A stretch of 64,000 nucleotides of DNA from Eledone cirrhosa (lineage: Eukaryota), in contig OZ024752.1 in assembly GCA_964016885.1 (NCBI GenBank), positions 39,556,001-39,620,000 of the forward strand. The letters are read 5' to 3'. A model generated the notes under the pieces. The model did not search any database, had not been told where the DNA came from, and worked only from the letters and a program-made list of their open reading frames with translations. The translations under genes and the position numbers were made by a program. Below, one piece after another: positions 39,201 through 53,215 of this stretch (within the stretch, counting starts at the first letter, position 1; each line of letters opens with the position of its first letter).

Positions 39201-42200
39201 GGCAGTAAGGGACCACCCATCTACTGTCGACTTGACCTCCCTTTACTGTTGTGGTGAAGCCACCGTTCTCAGGCCGTCTTCGCCTGTACCCATCGCTACC
39301 AGTCTGAGTCTGGTCAACAAATTCTTTTGGGTATCCCTTACTGCACGACCCCCCTTTCAGACACGTGTGATGCTCATTAGGACCTGATACACACTGACCA
39401 TGTTAGCTTTGACGATGTCATGTAATTCCTGATCAGTTGCTGGATTAGGGATTTCAATTGATTTTATCAGCTAACCAAATCAAAATGTGAGCATTTGGCA
39501 GCCCTCGTTTTTGCCATTCGACGGTGAACATGTCACATTTTACAGCCCCAAATACCTGACCCTCTTTGATTAAAGCCATGAGTTTAGCCAGTTTCTTGTG
39601 ACTGAGTCAATTGTAAATTAATTGATGATAATGTTTCTGCTGCAGTGCATGTGCTGGCTTCAAATTATATGGGACTCCAGCTCACACAAGATGTCCTAGC
39701 TGCTCTCTGTCTTAAGCATCTGAATCTTCACTCCTGGCTGATATCTGAACCTCCCATACCAAAAGATGCCATCTTCATTCTCAGCTCTCTAATTCTTTTG
39801 AAAGCCACACGTGAGTGCTTCGAGACCAAGCATGCAGATCTGACAAGGGTGACAGAGATGCTTTCATTGACACTCATCCAGTGCTCTTGCTCCTAAGGAA
39901 CTACTCCCCTAATTCCTCTTCATGCTGCATAGTGCACCTTGTCACCTTCATGTTCAGCTGAACCCATTTGCTATTTTAGTTTTAACAGTAGTGGCTGGCA
40001 ACAGGTGAAACTCCCTGTAAAATTTGGTGACCTCGGCCTCTGGTCCACGTCTGACCTGGCACTGCTGGCCTATATCTCCTCAATCTCCTCCAACTGCACT
40101 CTCATCAGCTAGGTCCTTCCTCCACAAAATGGCCGAACTTGATGTGGCCCAGAAACTGGAGTTAGCTCAAGCTGATTGGACCAACAAATGCTTCACCATC
40201 CCCCAGTATGCAGATGTCCAACAAAACTTTAATGACAACAAGTGCAGGTCAACAGTTAGGCAGATTGAGTCTTCCTTGAACCAACACCATCTTGTTTGCC
40301 TTTGTTCTGGCTCACAACCAAACAGTGGCATGTGGTTCAATTTGGTGCCCTGCTCATTAACTGGTACTCTTCTTGATGATAAGTGCACTTAATTGGAGTG
40401 GCCCAGCACCTGGGCCTCCGCATGTGTTTCTAATTCTAATGTGTTTCTCCGCAATTATTTTCTAATTCTAGGGTGCTACTGCTGATACAGGAGATGATAA
40501 ACCAAGTTCTCAGTTCCAAATCAGGTGTAAAAGTGATGTAAGTTTATACTTGCTATTTTTATATAAACAACATGCCCCCTATCACCACAACCCTAGAGTA
40601 CAGAAGCATCTTAGATGGCAGAATGCCAGATTAAATGTGTTATAGTATTTCTTCATCACCATCATCCCCACCACCACTGTTTGACGTCCATTTTTCCACA
40701 CTGGCAGCTTTTTTAGAAAAACTAAAACAGTGCAATTAAAAAAATAACAGTATAACGACTTTCTGAAAAACAGTCTTTAGAAGTTTAATACACCATACAA
40801 AGATATTGAATTTATTGTTTATGACAGAAATTAATGACAAAAAAACCAAAGTCTTGGTCTAAAGAAAACAAACAAAAGTACACAAAAATGAAAAGAGAAC
40901 TACAGAAAAATAGCACTTTGCTAAATACAAAAAAAAGATTTATCCTTCAGCTACTTAACATGTGGTAAAACTTGTCTTTCTAAGACTGGCTTAACATGTG
41001 GTAAAACTTGCCTTTCCAAGACTGGCTTAACATGTGGTAAAACTTGTCTTTCTAAGACTGGCTTAACATGTGGTAAAACTTGCCTTTCTAAGACTGGCTT
41101 AACATGTGGTAAAACTTGCCTTTCTAAGACTGGCTTAACATGTGGTAAAACTTGCCTTTCTAAGACTGGCTTAATTTCACATCTCAGAACTTATTTTCAT
41201 ACAACATCATCATCATCGTTTAATGTCCATCATCCACACTGGCATGGGTAGGACAGGTTCTCCCTTAGGGAGAGAATCATGTCAGAGGACCATGTTTAGC
41301 TCACCCGGCTTGGTTTCTACAGCTGGATGCCCTTTGTAATGCCAACCACATTTACAGTTTCTGCTGGGTGCTTTTTGTAGTGTCGCCTACATGACCACTT
41401 TATAGTGTGGACTAAGGGCTTTTGTCTTGGATCTTAGGGAGCTTAGGGAAATCGCGGATGTAGGTAATAGTGTAGGGATGGTTACCACAAAGGGAGGTGT
41501 ATGGGAGGGAAGAAGGGAGAGAAATTGGTTCAAATTACACAGACTTCATTCTAGCAGACATGCTTATATGCCATATTTGTATTAAAACATGTAAGTTCAA
41601 TGCTGGTTTAAAAAAGTATTTGAATATCTACAAACAAGAGAAATAATACTGTGCCACTGGAGTTAAACCATATTTGCACTGTTTGCAATGTAAATTTCAA
41701 ACAGCTATCATGGTTCAAGAGTCACTTATGTGCCCATGCATGGACAAAGCGTATCTGACAAGAAATAATCAATCTTTGGATATGAGCAGACTACTATCAT
41801 ACTCTTAATCTTAGGTTCTTCCTCACTACCCGGCGCATCAAGCAGTAAGTAGTCACCAATGGTCACAATCAACAGCGGCATTTTTGCATCCATGCTAAGT
41901 GACGTTTGCTGCCATCAGATCTTTTTGGAATGTTTTTCGCCAGATGATCCTTGGGCAACCCTGCCTCCGTTTACTACCAGGTGGAGTCCAGCTCATCACA
42001 GTTTTTGAGTATCGTTCATTGGGCAGGCACAGAATATGGCCAGCCAGGTGGAACCAGCACTCCTCAATCATCCTCTGTAGCGTCCATGACTTGGCTCTCG
42101 GCAGATTTTCTCATTTTGCTCACATTCACGCCAGGACACATGAAGGATCATTCTCAGGCACCGCTGGTGGAAAGCGTTCAACCATCTCTCTATCCTAGCC

Positions 42201-45200
42201 GTGCTCTTCCAGGTTTCAGTCACGTAAAGCACTGACGGCAGCACAATGTTCTTGTACAGGTGTAGCTTGATCCTACCATCATATACATGCCCACACACAC
42301 ACATGCACACACACACACAGACACGCAGACACACATGCACACAAACGCACACATGCACATACACACACACATCATCATCATCATCATTTCATTTTATGTC
42401 CGCTTTTCCCTGCTTGCAAGGGTGGGACGGGAACTGATTCTGGCTTGATTTCTACAGCTGGATGCCCTTCCTAACACCAACCTCATTTACAGTGAGTGCT
42501 GGGTGCTTTTTTGCCGTGGCACCTCCACGACCACTTTGCAGTGGAATGATAGGGACTCCAGTCCCTATCATCTCATTTCTACAGCTGAGTAAACTGGAGC
42601 AATGTGAAATAAAGTGTCTTGCTCAAGGAAACAACACATCACCCGGTCTGAGAATTGAACTCACAACCTTTCGATTGCAAGGCCAATGCTCTAACCACTG
42701 AGCCATGTGCCTCCTATATATATGTATATATATTTGGTCCAAATTTATATGGGTATTAGCCCATTGGGTTGTTTCATTTACTTAATTAACCTCTTGTGCT
42801 GAACAGTTAAAAGCTGTTTCAAACTTTGCCCAAATTGGTGCTACCAGACATGGTAAATGATGTAGAGAACTATATAATTATAATACTTGTAAATATTAGA
42901 AAACCACCAATGCAAATGTTTCACTGTCTTCAGTTGCAGTGTAATCATCAGAAATATCTTGAAAGGGAAAAGAAACATTTGTCAACAGGAATTGAAACCA
43001 AATGTTAGATTTTATTTACTTTTCTTATGAACTTACTCTTATTCTATGGTATTTACTATTATGTAGTTTTCTTATAGATTTCTAAGATATTTAAAATCTT
43101 TTTCTAATTTCTTTTCAGAAAGAAGAAAAAATACGTAATATTCGCTGGACAATTGTGGACATTAATGACAACACTCCTATATTTTCTCAGTCAGTGTATA
43201 CTGTTGATGTTAATGAGGTAAGCATGATTATGACAGTTCTTTGGTTCAACATAATTTTAAAAGCTAATGTTGTTTACAGCTTTCATATGATATTTTGATT
43301 ATTTCAAACTATAAAAATGCATTTTTGATAACTTTTAAAATATAAGAATTTCTGACTTAATAGCACCACCTGGTGAAGTCTTTCAAATAAGCATTTAGCA
43401 TCATGGCCCACTTAAGTAGAGAGTTATTATTTATGGAGACATATCCAGGTATAGGGGGTTTATCCGGGATTCCTTGGAAGAATTTGTCCAAAGACTCTTT
43501 TAATTTTATGGGATCTGTTTCTGTTTTAATGTGTTTTGGTGTAATATTAAAGAGAGCAGGACCAATTGAGGTGAAATAATTGTGGCATAATGTTGTTTTG
43601 AGATGTGAATTTAATTTTTGTGGTGGGTAGATAGCACAGGGCCCAAGCCTTAGGTGTAGTTTAAAGGCGATGCCAATATCATTTGGGCAATGCTGATGAA
43701 ATATTTTCTACATCATGCAGATAATGTAGTGCTCACTGTGGTATTGGAGAGAGTAAAGTTTAAGCTTTTCTAGTCAACCCTAATAGTCAAGGCTTGTCAT
43801 GCTGTCTATCTTTTTTTTGTGATTGACCTTTAAGGTGCTTCAATTTTCATTATACTTTGCTTCCTGTTTCCACTGTGGAAAACAGTATTCAAGGTGGGGT
43901 TGGGCAAAAGTAGAGAAAATATGGATAATGGTGTGGATATCTCTCAACTGAAAAATTCTAAGAATCCAGGAACATCCTGTGGGCCATGTTTACTGTTTAT
44001 ATGAGTAATCCAGCTTATGCTGTTATCAACAATTACTCCCAGGTATCTGATATTGTTGGATACCATGAGGGTTTCAGAGCATTCTCTTTTCCACAGTGGA
44101 TCAATTCGAATTTATCCTTATTCAGCAGCATATCTTTTTTCTGCCCATTGGATAACAGTAAGTAGATCTAATTGAAGGCCTGTCTGATCTCCCATTCCAT
44201 TGATAACCTTCTGGGGCTTGAATCACCTGCAAAGATTCTTATGTTGCTGTGCTTGATGACGTCAGTAATGTTATTGATATAGATAATGAAAAGAAATGAA
44301 CCCAACATAATGCTTTGTGGGCTGCCACTACTGGGCTTGATTTAACTCCTTCGACTACAACATGTTGGCCTCTGTTTGTCAAGAAATACTTGATCCATTG
44401 CAGTAACTTTCCAGAGACACCAATGATAGTTAGTCTTTTCAGTAGAATATTTGTGTATATATTCACATATTAGTCGATCAATCCTGTCAAAGGCCTTGCT
44501 GAAATCAAGGTATATGACATCAGAATTGGAGCCCTCTCCCAAAGCTCTTAAAATGTCATCAAAGTGATGTAGGAGGTGAATTAGGCAGTCCCTTCCATTA
44601 TGGAACCCATCCTAGTTGGAGTTCAGCAGATTGTTGCTTTCAAGAAAGTGAGTTATTTGTGATCTCATCGCCCTCTCAACTACCTTAATGATATGAGTGG
44701 TGAGTGAGATTGGATGGTAATTCACTGCAAGGGACTTGTTTCTCTTTTTGAAAACTGGAACAACAGACTGGGACAGAAAGTTTTCAAGTATATAGCCAGT
44801 GTTCAATGAGTTCCTCCGCAGATTAGCTAGAGGAGATGTAAGTTGGTGTCAATACACTTTCAGGACACTAACAGGGAACTATTAGCGCCTACTGCTAAGT
44901 TGTGTTTAATTTCATTTATTGCTGTTAAGACATCAGGGACACCAAACGTTATGCATGATATAGCGTGTTGGGGATTAAGATCACTGATACCGCCTAGGTC
45001 AGCCATATAAGGATTGCTGAAAAAAGAGCAGTATTGTTTCTGCAGCATCTCACCCATGGTTTTAACATTGTTTTTGGAGAGTGCCATTTTTATCAATCAG
45101 AGGGCCAATTGTGGTGACAGTGATCTTGTGTTTTTTTGCAGATGAAAAGAACACTTTGGGATTCGATCTTCATTCATTGCTGGAGATTATATTTTTTAGA

Positions 45201-46577
45201 TTCAAGCAGTGTGATAGCAGTCGAATGTGTGTCTATATATATATATATGTATATATATGTATATATAAGTGTGTATATATATATCTATGTGTATATATAA
45301 GTCTGTATATATATCATCATCATCATCATTTCATTTTACGTCCGCTTTTCCCTGCTTGCAAGGGTGGGACGGGAACTGATTCTGGCTTGATTTCTACAGC
45401 TGGATGCCCTTCCTAACACCAACCTCATTTACAGTGAGTGCTGGGTGCTTTTTTGCCGTGGCACCTCCACGACTACTTTGCAGTGGAATGATAGGGACCC
45501 CAGTCCCTATCATCTCATTTCTATAGCTGAGTAAACTGGAGCAATGTGAAATAAAGTGTCTTGCTCAAGGAAACAACACATCACCCGGTCTGAGAATTGA
45601 ACTCGCAACCTTCCGATTGCAAGGCCAATGCTCTAACCACTGAGCCATTTGCCTCCATATATATAAATTCAGCGAGAATCGCATTTCAGCAGGTAGAAAA
45701 ATCGAAACGTAACGCAAATTCTGAGTCATGCTGGCAAGCGCTCCATGGGCTAAAAGATCAGAGCAATAAACATAGTTTATAAAGGCCATACAAACTGAGA
45801 AGGCGGTCAAGAAGCAATAAACCACCTAAGCCAAAAAACAAGTCAAGCTAAACAGGTCAGACAAAATAAATGACATAATCATATATATATATACATATAC
45901 ATATATATATAACAAACCTGGACCCTTGGAATTGATGGTAAAATCCAGTATAGGGTTTCCACGACACCTAAATCAATAATACTGTCTGCTTAAAACAATA
46001 AGCTTTTGGTATAAAGATCGAACGAGGAATATCACGTTATCAACAGGTATTTTGTTCTGCGCCAGTGTTGTGGCTGACACAGTGTTTTGTAACAGCACAT
46101 GTGTAACTCACAGGGGAAAAACCCCAGATTTTGGCAAATGAATTCAGTATGTGTAGATTGTGCAAAAAATTGCATAAACAGCACAAATCGAATAAGCTCT
46201 CGATTGGGTAGTTTTTAAAATAAACTTATGCAATTAATCTGTCGATAGTATTATTAACAGGTTAATTGTAAGACTCGGGAGATTAATACAAATATAAATT
46301 CAGCGAGAATCGCATTTCGGTGGATAGAAAAAGTGAAACGTAACGCAAATTTCGAGTCATGCTGGCAAGCGCACCATGGGCTAAAAGACCAGAGCAATAA
46401 ACCATAGGTTATAAAGCCATATAAACTGAGAAGGCGGTTAAGAAGCCATTAACCACCTAAGCCAAAAGCAAGTCAAGATAAACAGGTCAGACAAAATAAA
46501 TGACATAATCACATATATATATATATATATATATACATATATATATAACAAACCTATATATATATATATAGGTTTGT

Positions 46578-46610
<33 letters not shown>

Positions 46611-49600
46611 ATAACAAACCTATATATATATATAAAATGTATGTATGTATATGTGTGTATGTATGCAAAAGACAAACAGAAATAGTGGAAACGACACAGT
46701 AAAATGAAGAAATATTTTATTAGTTTTATGTTTGATATTGTTGGAAAAGAGTCTTAACGGTTCAGATGCTAGTCCTTCATCAGAAAATACGATGAGAAAT
46801 TAAAGAAGAAATAGAAAAATAAAGGAGAGTGGGCAGTGGCAGAAACGAAAACAAATTTCTTAGAGAAAAAAAACAGGTCGATTCAAGTCACCAACTCTTG
46901 TTGTATGAGAAAATCAGTTGGTCTTGTTTTAAAGGGTGGTGATTGAATATGTCTAGCTGAAAAGGAAAAAATAGTTTTGTATATACATAGGGATGGATCC
47001 ATGTGTGTTTGTCTTTTTGTTGCATTGTGATCTATGTTGGAAAACATACAATTTACATCTCCTGACATGCAATAAGTATATTTTATTAAACTTTCCTTTG
47101 GATAGAATTCTATAAAAACGAATGTTAAAAGATTTGAATATTTTTGATATTGGTATATTATTTTTTCTTCTTTTTCAGCTTACTCCAATTGGAACTACGG
47201 TATATAGACAGATATCCGCAACAGACAAAGATATAGGCCGAAACAAAGAAATTGATTATGCAATTGTCAGTGGTCCAAAGGTATGTGTTGCAGTTTTTTT
47301 TGTTTTGTTTTTTACAATATTTGAACCATTGATAAAAGAAAATTGATCAAATTGGATAGCATTACTTATGGGGAATCGATTGATAAAATCCCAGACCTCA
47401 TTCGCTTACTGAGTAGGGATGGAACTCATCAAAATGGACCAAGGAAACAATGTTTCCATTGGTAGTCTTTCCCTTGCTGATGATATCTACTGCTCACAAC
47501 TTCTGGCAGAAGGAGCAACATGAAATAAAGTGTCTTGCTCAAGGATATAACGCATTGCCTGGTCTTGGAATTGAACTCACAACCTCATGATTGTGAGTTC
47601 AATTCTCTAACCACTAAACCCCTTTTACTCATTTCGAAACAATTTTATTATGAGACTGTGAATTGGTAGAATTTGAGTGTTAGTAAAAAAAAAATGCTTT
47701 GTGATATTTATTTAAGTTCTCTCAACTCTGAGTTTAAATCTTACTGATGTCAACTTTCATCTTCTCAGGGTCAATAAATAATTTACCAGTCCTTGAGGTG
47801 GTTAGTTATAATAAACAAGCAGAAAAACCACCTTTTGGGTGGTTTTTCTGCTAGCATATATAGTGTGCATGTTGATATTATACACAAATATACATACATG
47901 TAGATATGATTCATCAAATAAAATCGTACAGAAATTGAAGAGAGACTGTGTTACACTGTCTTCTGTAATCAGTAAAGTAATCCATGATATGTTAAAAAAG
48001 AGACGATATTATATATAAACTGCATTACGGTCAAATGTAATGAAAACAAAAATTAGTGACAGAAATATAAATGTTATGATATAACAATGCAAATATATGA
48101 ATGTTTATATCAGCAATATATGAAAATATTAAAAGAAGTGAATCTTAAAATAAGCAATCATTATATATAAGAATTTTTATGTTTAATCAACAGCTACGAA
48201 ATTTAGTACATAAATTATGTAATATTCTATTCATTCATTATTTATTCAAAGTAATAGGCAGTAGATTGGCAGTATCGTTAGAGGGTCGGACGCCATGCTT
48301 TGATGCATAGAGTTATGGCCCTTGCCATTCTGAGTTCAAATCCCACCTAGGTTAACTTTGCCTTTCATCCTTACGGGGTCGATAAAATAAAGTACCAGTA
48401 ATGCACTGGGTAATTGCTGGCCTTGTGCCAAAAGTAGAAACAATTATTTATTCAAAGTAATCCAACTTATTTTATTAACGGGATATATTCGAAACACAGT
48501 CCCACATTCCTCCCTTTATTATATTATTCTGAGTTCAAATCCCATCGAGGATAACTTTGCCTTTCATCCTTATGGGGTCGATAAAATAAAGTACCAGTAA
48601 TGCACTGGATATTTGATGGCCTTGTGTTTACAGCTTTCATATGATATTTTGATTATTTCAAACTATAAAAATGCATTTTTGATAACTTTTAAAATATAAG
48701 AATTTCTGACTTAATAGCACCACCTGGTGAAGTCTTTCAAATAAGCATTTGGCATCATGGCCCACTTAAGTAGAGAGTTATTGTTTATGGAGACATATCC
48801 AGGTATAGGGGGTTTATCCGGGATTCCTTGGAAGAATTTGTCCAAAGACTCTTTGAATTTTATGGGATCTGTTTCTGTTTTAATGTGTTTTGGTGTAATA
48901 TTAAAGAGAGCAGGACCAATTGAGGTGAAATAATTGTCGCATAATGTTGTTTTGAGATGTGAATTTAATTTTTGTTGTGGGTAGATAGCACAGGGTCCAA
49001 GCCTTAGGTGTAGTTTAAAGGCGATGCCAACATCATTTGGGCAATTCTGAGTTCAAATCCCACCGAGATTAACTTTGCCTTTCATCCTTACGGGGTCGAT
49101 AAAATAAAGTACCAGTAATGCACTGGGTAATTGATGGCCTTGTGCCAAAAGTAGAAACAATTATATTGTGATAACGTACCAATCCCAAGATGGTTAATTA
49201 ATGGAATTGTAAAATCTTCAGAAGAATTGTTGATTTATTTGTTCCAGTTCTGTTCATTTTGAGTCAAATCCTGTCTCCTGTCACAGGAGTTACAACCAGT
49301 AGAGATTATTAGCAAGGGTGGTGGATTTGCAGCATAGAGTTACGTGCCTTTACGATCTGAGTTCAAATCCCGCCGAGGTTGACTTTGCCTTTCATCCTTA
49401 CGGGGTCGATAAAATAAAGTACCAGTAATGTACTGGGTAATTTACTGGCCTTGTGCCTAAAGTAGAAACAATTATTAGCAATAGAAATAACCAATATAGC
49501 CATAGTTTCCTTGATCTAGTTTGGGAAATCAACTACTTCCATTTGATATAAATGATTAAAACAACACAATAACATATGTTAATTTATTTTCTAATGAAAT

Positions 49601-52040
49601 TAAGAAAAATCGTCTTTGACTATGATTTTAATGTGTTGCATGCATTTAACTTCTGTAATATTACAAATATCCTTATGAGGGTTGGCTGAAAAAATCTTAG
49701 GCTGACCAAGATACTCTCAGCGAATGACCAAATGAGGGTTTATTTTTCAACATGGTTCTCGGAGAGAAACAATGCAGTTAATCCGTATCGGTAGAGGGTC
49801 GGACGCCAGGCTTTGCAGCACAGTTACGGCTCTTAATGATCTGTGTTCAAATCCCGCCGAGGTTAATTTTGCCTTTCATCCCTACGGGGTTGATAAAATA
49901 AGTACCAGTAATGCACTGGGATAATTGTTGGCCTTGTGCCAAAAGTAGAAACAAATATTAAGAAGTGTTGAAATCAATGCATGCCATATTTCACAGCATC
50001 ACTCTAGCCATATTTCTAGCATCACTCCTTTATAGGCTGACCAAGATACTCTCAGCGAATGACCAAATGAGGTTTATTTTTTAACATCACTAGCATCACT
50101 CCTTCATAGGCTGACCAAGATACTCTCAGCGAATGACCAAATGAGGTTTATTTTTTAACATCACTAGCATCACTCCTTCATAGGCTGACCAAGATACTCT
50201 CAGCGAATGACCAAATGAGGTTTATTTTTTAACATCACTAGCATCACTCCTTCATAGGCTGACCAAGATACTCTCAGCGAATGACCAAATGAGGTTTATT
50301 TTTTAACATCACTAGCATCACTCCTTCATAGGCTGACCAAGATACTCTCAGCGAATGACCAAATGAGGTTTATTTTTTAACATCACTAGCATCACTCCTT
50401 CATAGGCTGACCAAGATACTCTCAGCGAATGACCAAATGAGGTTTATTTTTTAACATCACTAGCATCACTCCTTCATAGGCTGACCAAGATACTCTCAGC
50501 GAATGACCAAATGAGGTTTATTTTTTAACATCACTAGCATCACTCCTTCATAGGCTGACCAAGATACTCTCAGCGAATGACCAAATGAGGTTTATTTTTT
50601 AACATCACTAGCATCACTCCTTCATAGGCTGACCAAGATACTCTCAGCGAATGACCAAATGAGGTTTATTTTTTAACATCACTAGCATCACTCCTTCATA
50701 GGCTGACCAAGATACTCTCAGCGAATGACCAAATGAGGTTTATTTTTTAACATCACTAGCATCACTCCTTCATAGGCTGACCAAGATACTCTCAGCGAAT
50801 GACCAAATGAGGTTTATTTTTTAACATCACTAGCATCACTCCTTCATAGGCTGACCAAGATACTCTCAGCGAATGACCAAATGAGGTTTATTTTTTAACA
50901 TCACTAGCATCACTCCTTCATAGGCTGACCAAGATACTCTCAGCGAATGACCAAATGAGGTTTATTTTTTAACATCACTAGCATCACTCCTTCATAGGCT
51001 GACCAAGATACTCTCAGCGAATGACCAAATGAGGTTTATTTTTTAACATCACTAGCATCACTCCTTCATAGGCTGACCAAGATACTCTCAGCGAATGACC
51101 AAATGAGGTTTATTTTTTAACATCACTAGCATCACTCCTTCATAGGCTGACCAAGATACTCTCAGGGCGGTGGATTGGCAGTATCGGTAGAGGGCCGGAC
51201 GCCATGCTTTCCAGCATAGTTACATCCCTTTACGATCTGAGTTCAAATCCCGCCGAGGCGAGGTTGACTTTGCCTTTCATCCTTACGGGGTCGATAAAAT
51301 AAAGTACCAGTAATTAACTGGATAATTGCTGGCCTTGTGCCTAAAGTAGAAACAATTATTTAACATCACTAGCATCACTCCTTCATAGTCCTCCTATGAA
51401 CACTCCAGCCAACTCTTGTATTTTTAATAGCTATAACTGTGAAAGAACTCTTATTATTTAACTAAATGTTTACTGTTTCTTGCCTGTAATAATCTATATT
51501 AAGAACAATTCACTGTTTCCATTCTTGCAGATCAATGGAAATGATGCTTTCATTATCAATCAACCATTCTATGGTTACATCTTACTTAATGCTGAACTTG
51601 ATTTTGAAACTCTTCAGAAAGCTGGTAACACTCAATACACATTAAACATATCAGCAACTGTAAGTGTTTTCTATATGTATATATATATATATATATGTGT
51701 ATATATATATATGTGTGTGTATATATGTGTGTGTGTGTATGTATATATGTGTGTGTATATATGTGTGTGTGTGTATATGTGTATGTGTGTATATATATAT
51801 GTGTGTGTGTATATATATATGTGTGTGTATATATATATGTGTGTGTGTATATATATATATATATGTGTGTATATATGTGTGTGTGTGTGTATGTATATAT
51901 GTGTGTGTGTATATATGTGTGTGTGTGTATATATATATATAGTAATAATAATAAATGCGAACACTAAAATCTAAAGAGGGCTTTCAGAAGATCCCGTTAA
52001 GGGTGAAAGCAGCAATTGTTTGCTTAAACTTTACTCTGTT

Positions 52041-52112
<72 letters not shown>

Positions 52113-52323
52113 TGTATGTATGTATGTATGTATATGTATGTATGTATATGTATCTATGTATATGTATGTATATATATGTATGTATATGTATGTATGTATG
52201 TATATGTATGTATATGTATGTATATGTATGTATGTATATGTATGTATATATATGTATATGTATGTATATATGTATATATATGTATGTATATATATATATG
52301 TATGTATATATATATATGTATGT

Positions 52324-52354
<31 letters not shown>

Positions 52355-52588
52355 TGTATATATATATATGTATGTATATATATATATATGTATATATATA
52401 TGTATATATATGTATGTATATATATATATATGTATATATATATGTATATATATGTATGTATATATGTATATATATATATATATATATATAATCTTGTATG
52501 CATATATATATATGTATATATGTATGTATATGTATGTATGTAAATATAAATGTATGTATGTATATATATGTATATATATATGTATGTG

Positions 52589-52629
<41 letters not shown>

Positions 52630-52638
52630 TATTATTAC

Positions 52639-52699
<61 letters not shown>

Positions 52700-53137
52700 G
52701 GGGAGGGTCATATTTGTGTAATAATATTGCCAGAATTAATAACAGAACACATTCACTGTTTGGTTGGTTTCACTTCTGTGTCTTTTATATCGGTTAATTT
52801 AATTTATTCGTTCCTCAATGTTACCATTGACTGACCAGCGGTCAAAAATACAGATACAATATATATATGTATGTATGTTTTAGTTGCCGACTCTGTGCAA
52901 GACATTTTAGATCATTGGCTGGGCTAAAGAGCCACATTCGATCGCAGCGCTGTTAGTTGCTATCGTGTGTGTGTGTGTAGATATGCTTATGTGTGTGTGT
53001 GTGTGTGTATATATATATGTATATGTATATTATTATTGTTGTTGTTGTTATTATTATTATTGTTATGATTATTATTATTATTATTGTTATTAATGTATGT
53101 GTGTGTGTGTATATGTGTGTGTGAGTGTGTGTGTGTG

Positions 53138-53215
<78 letters not shown>

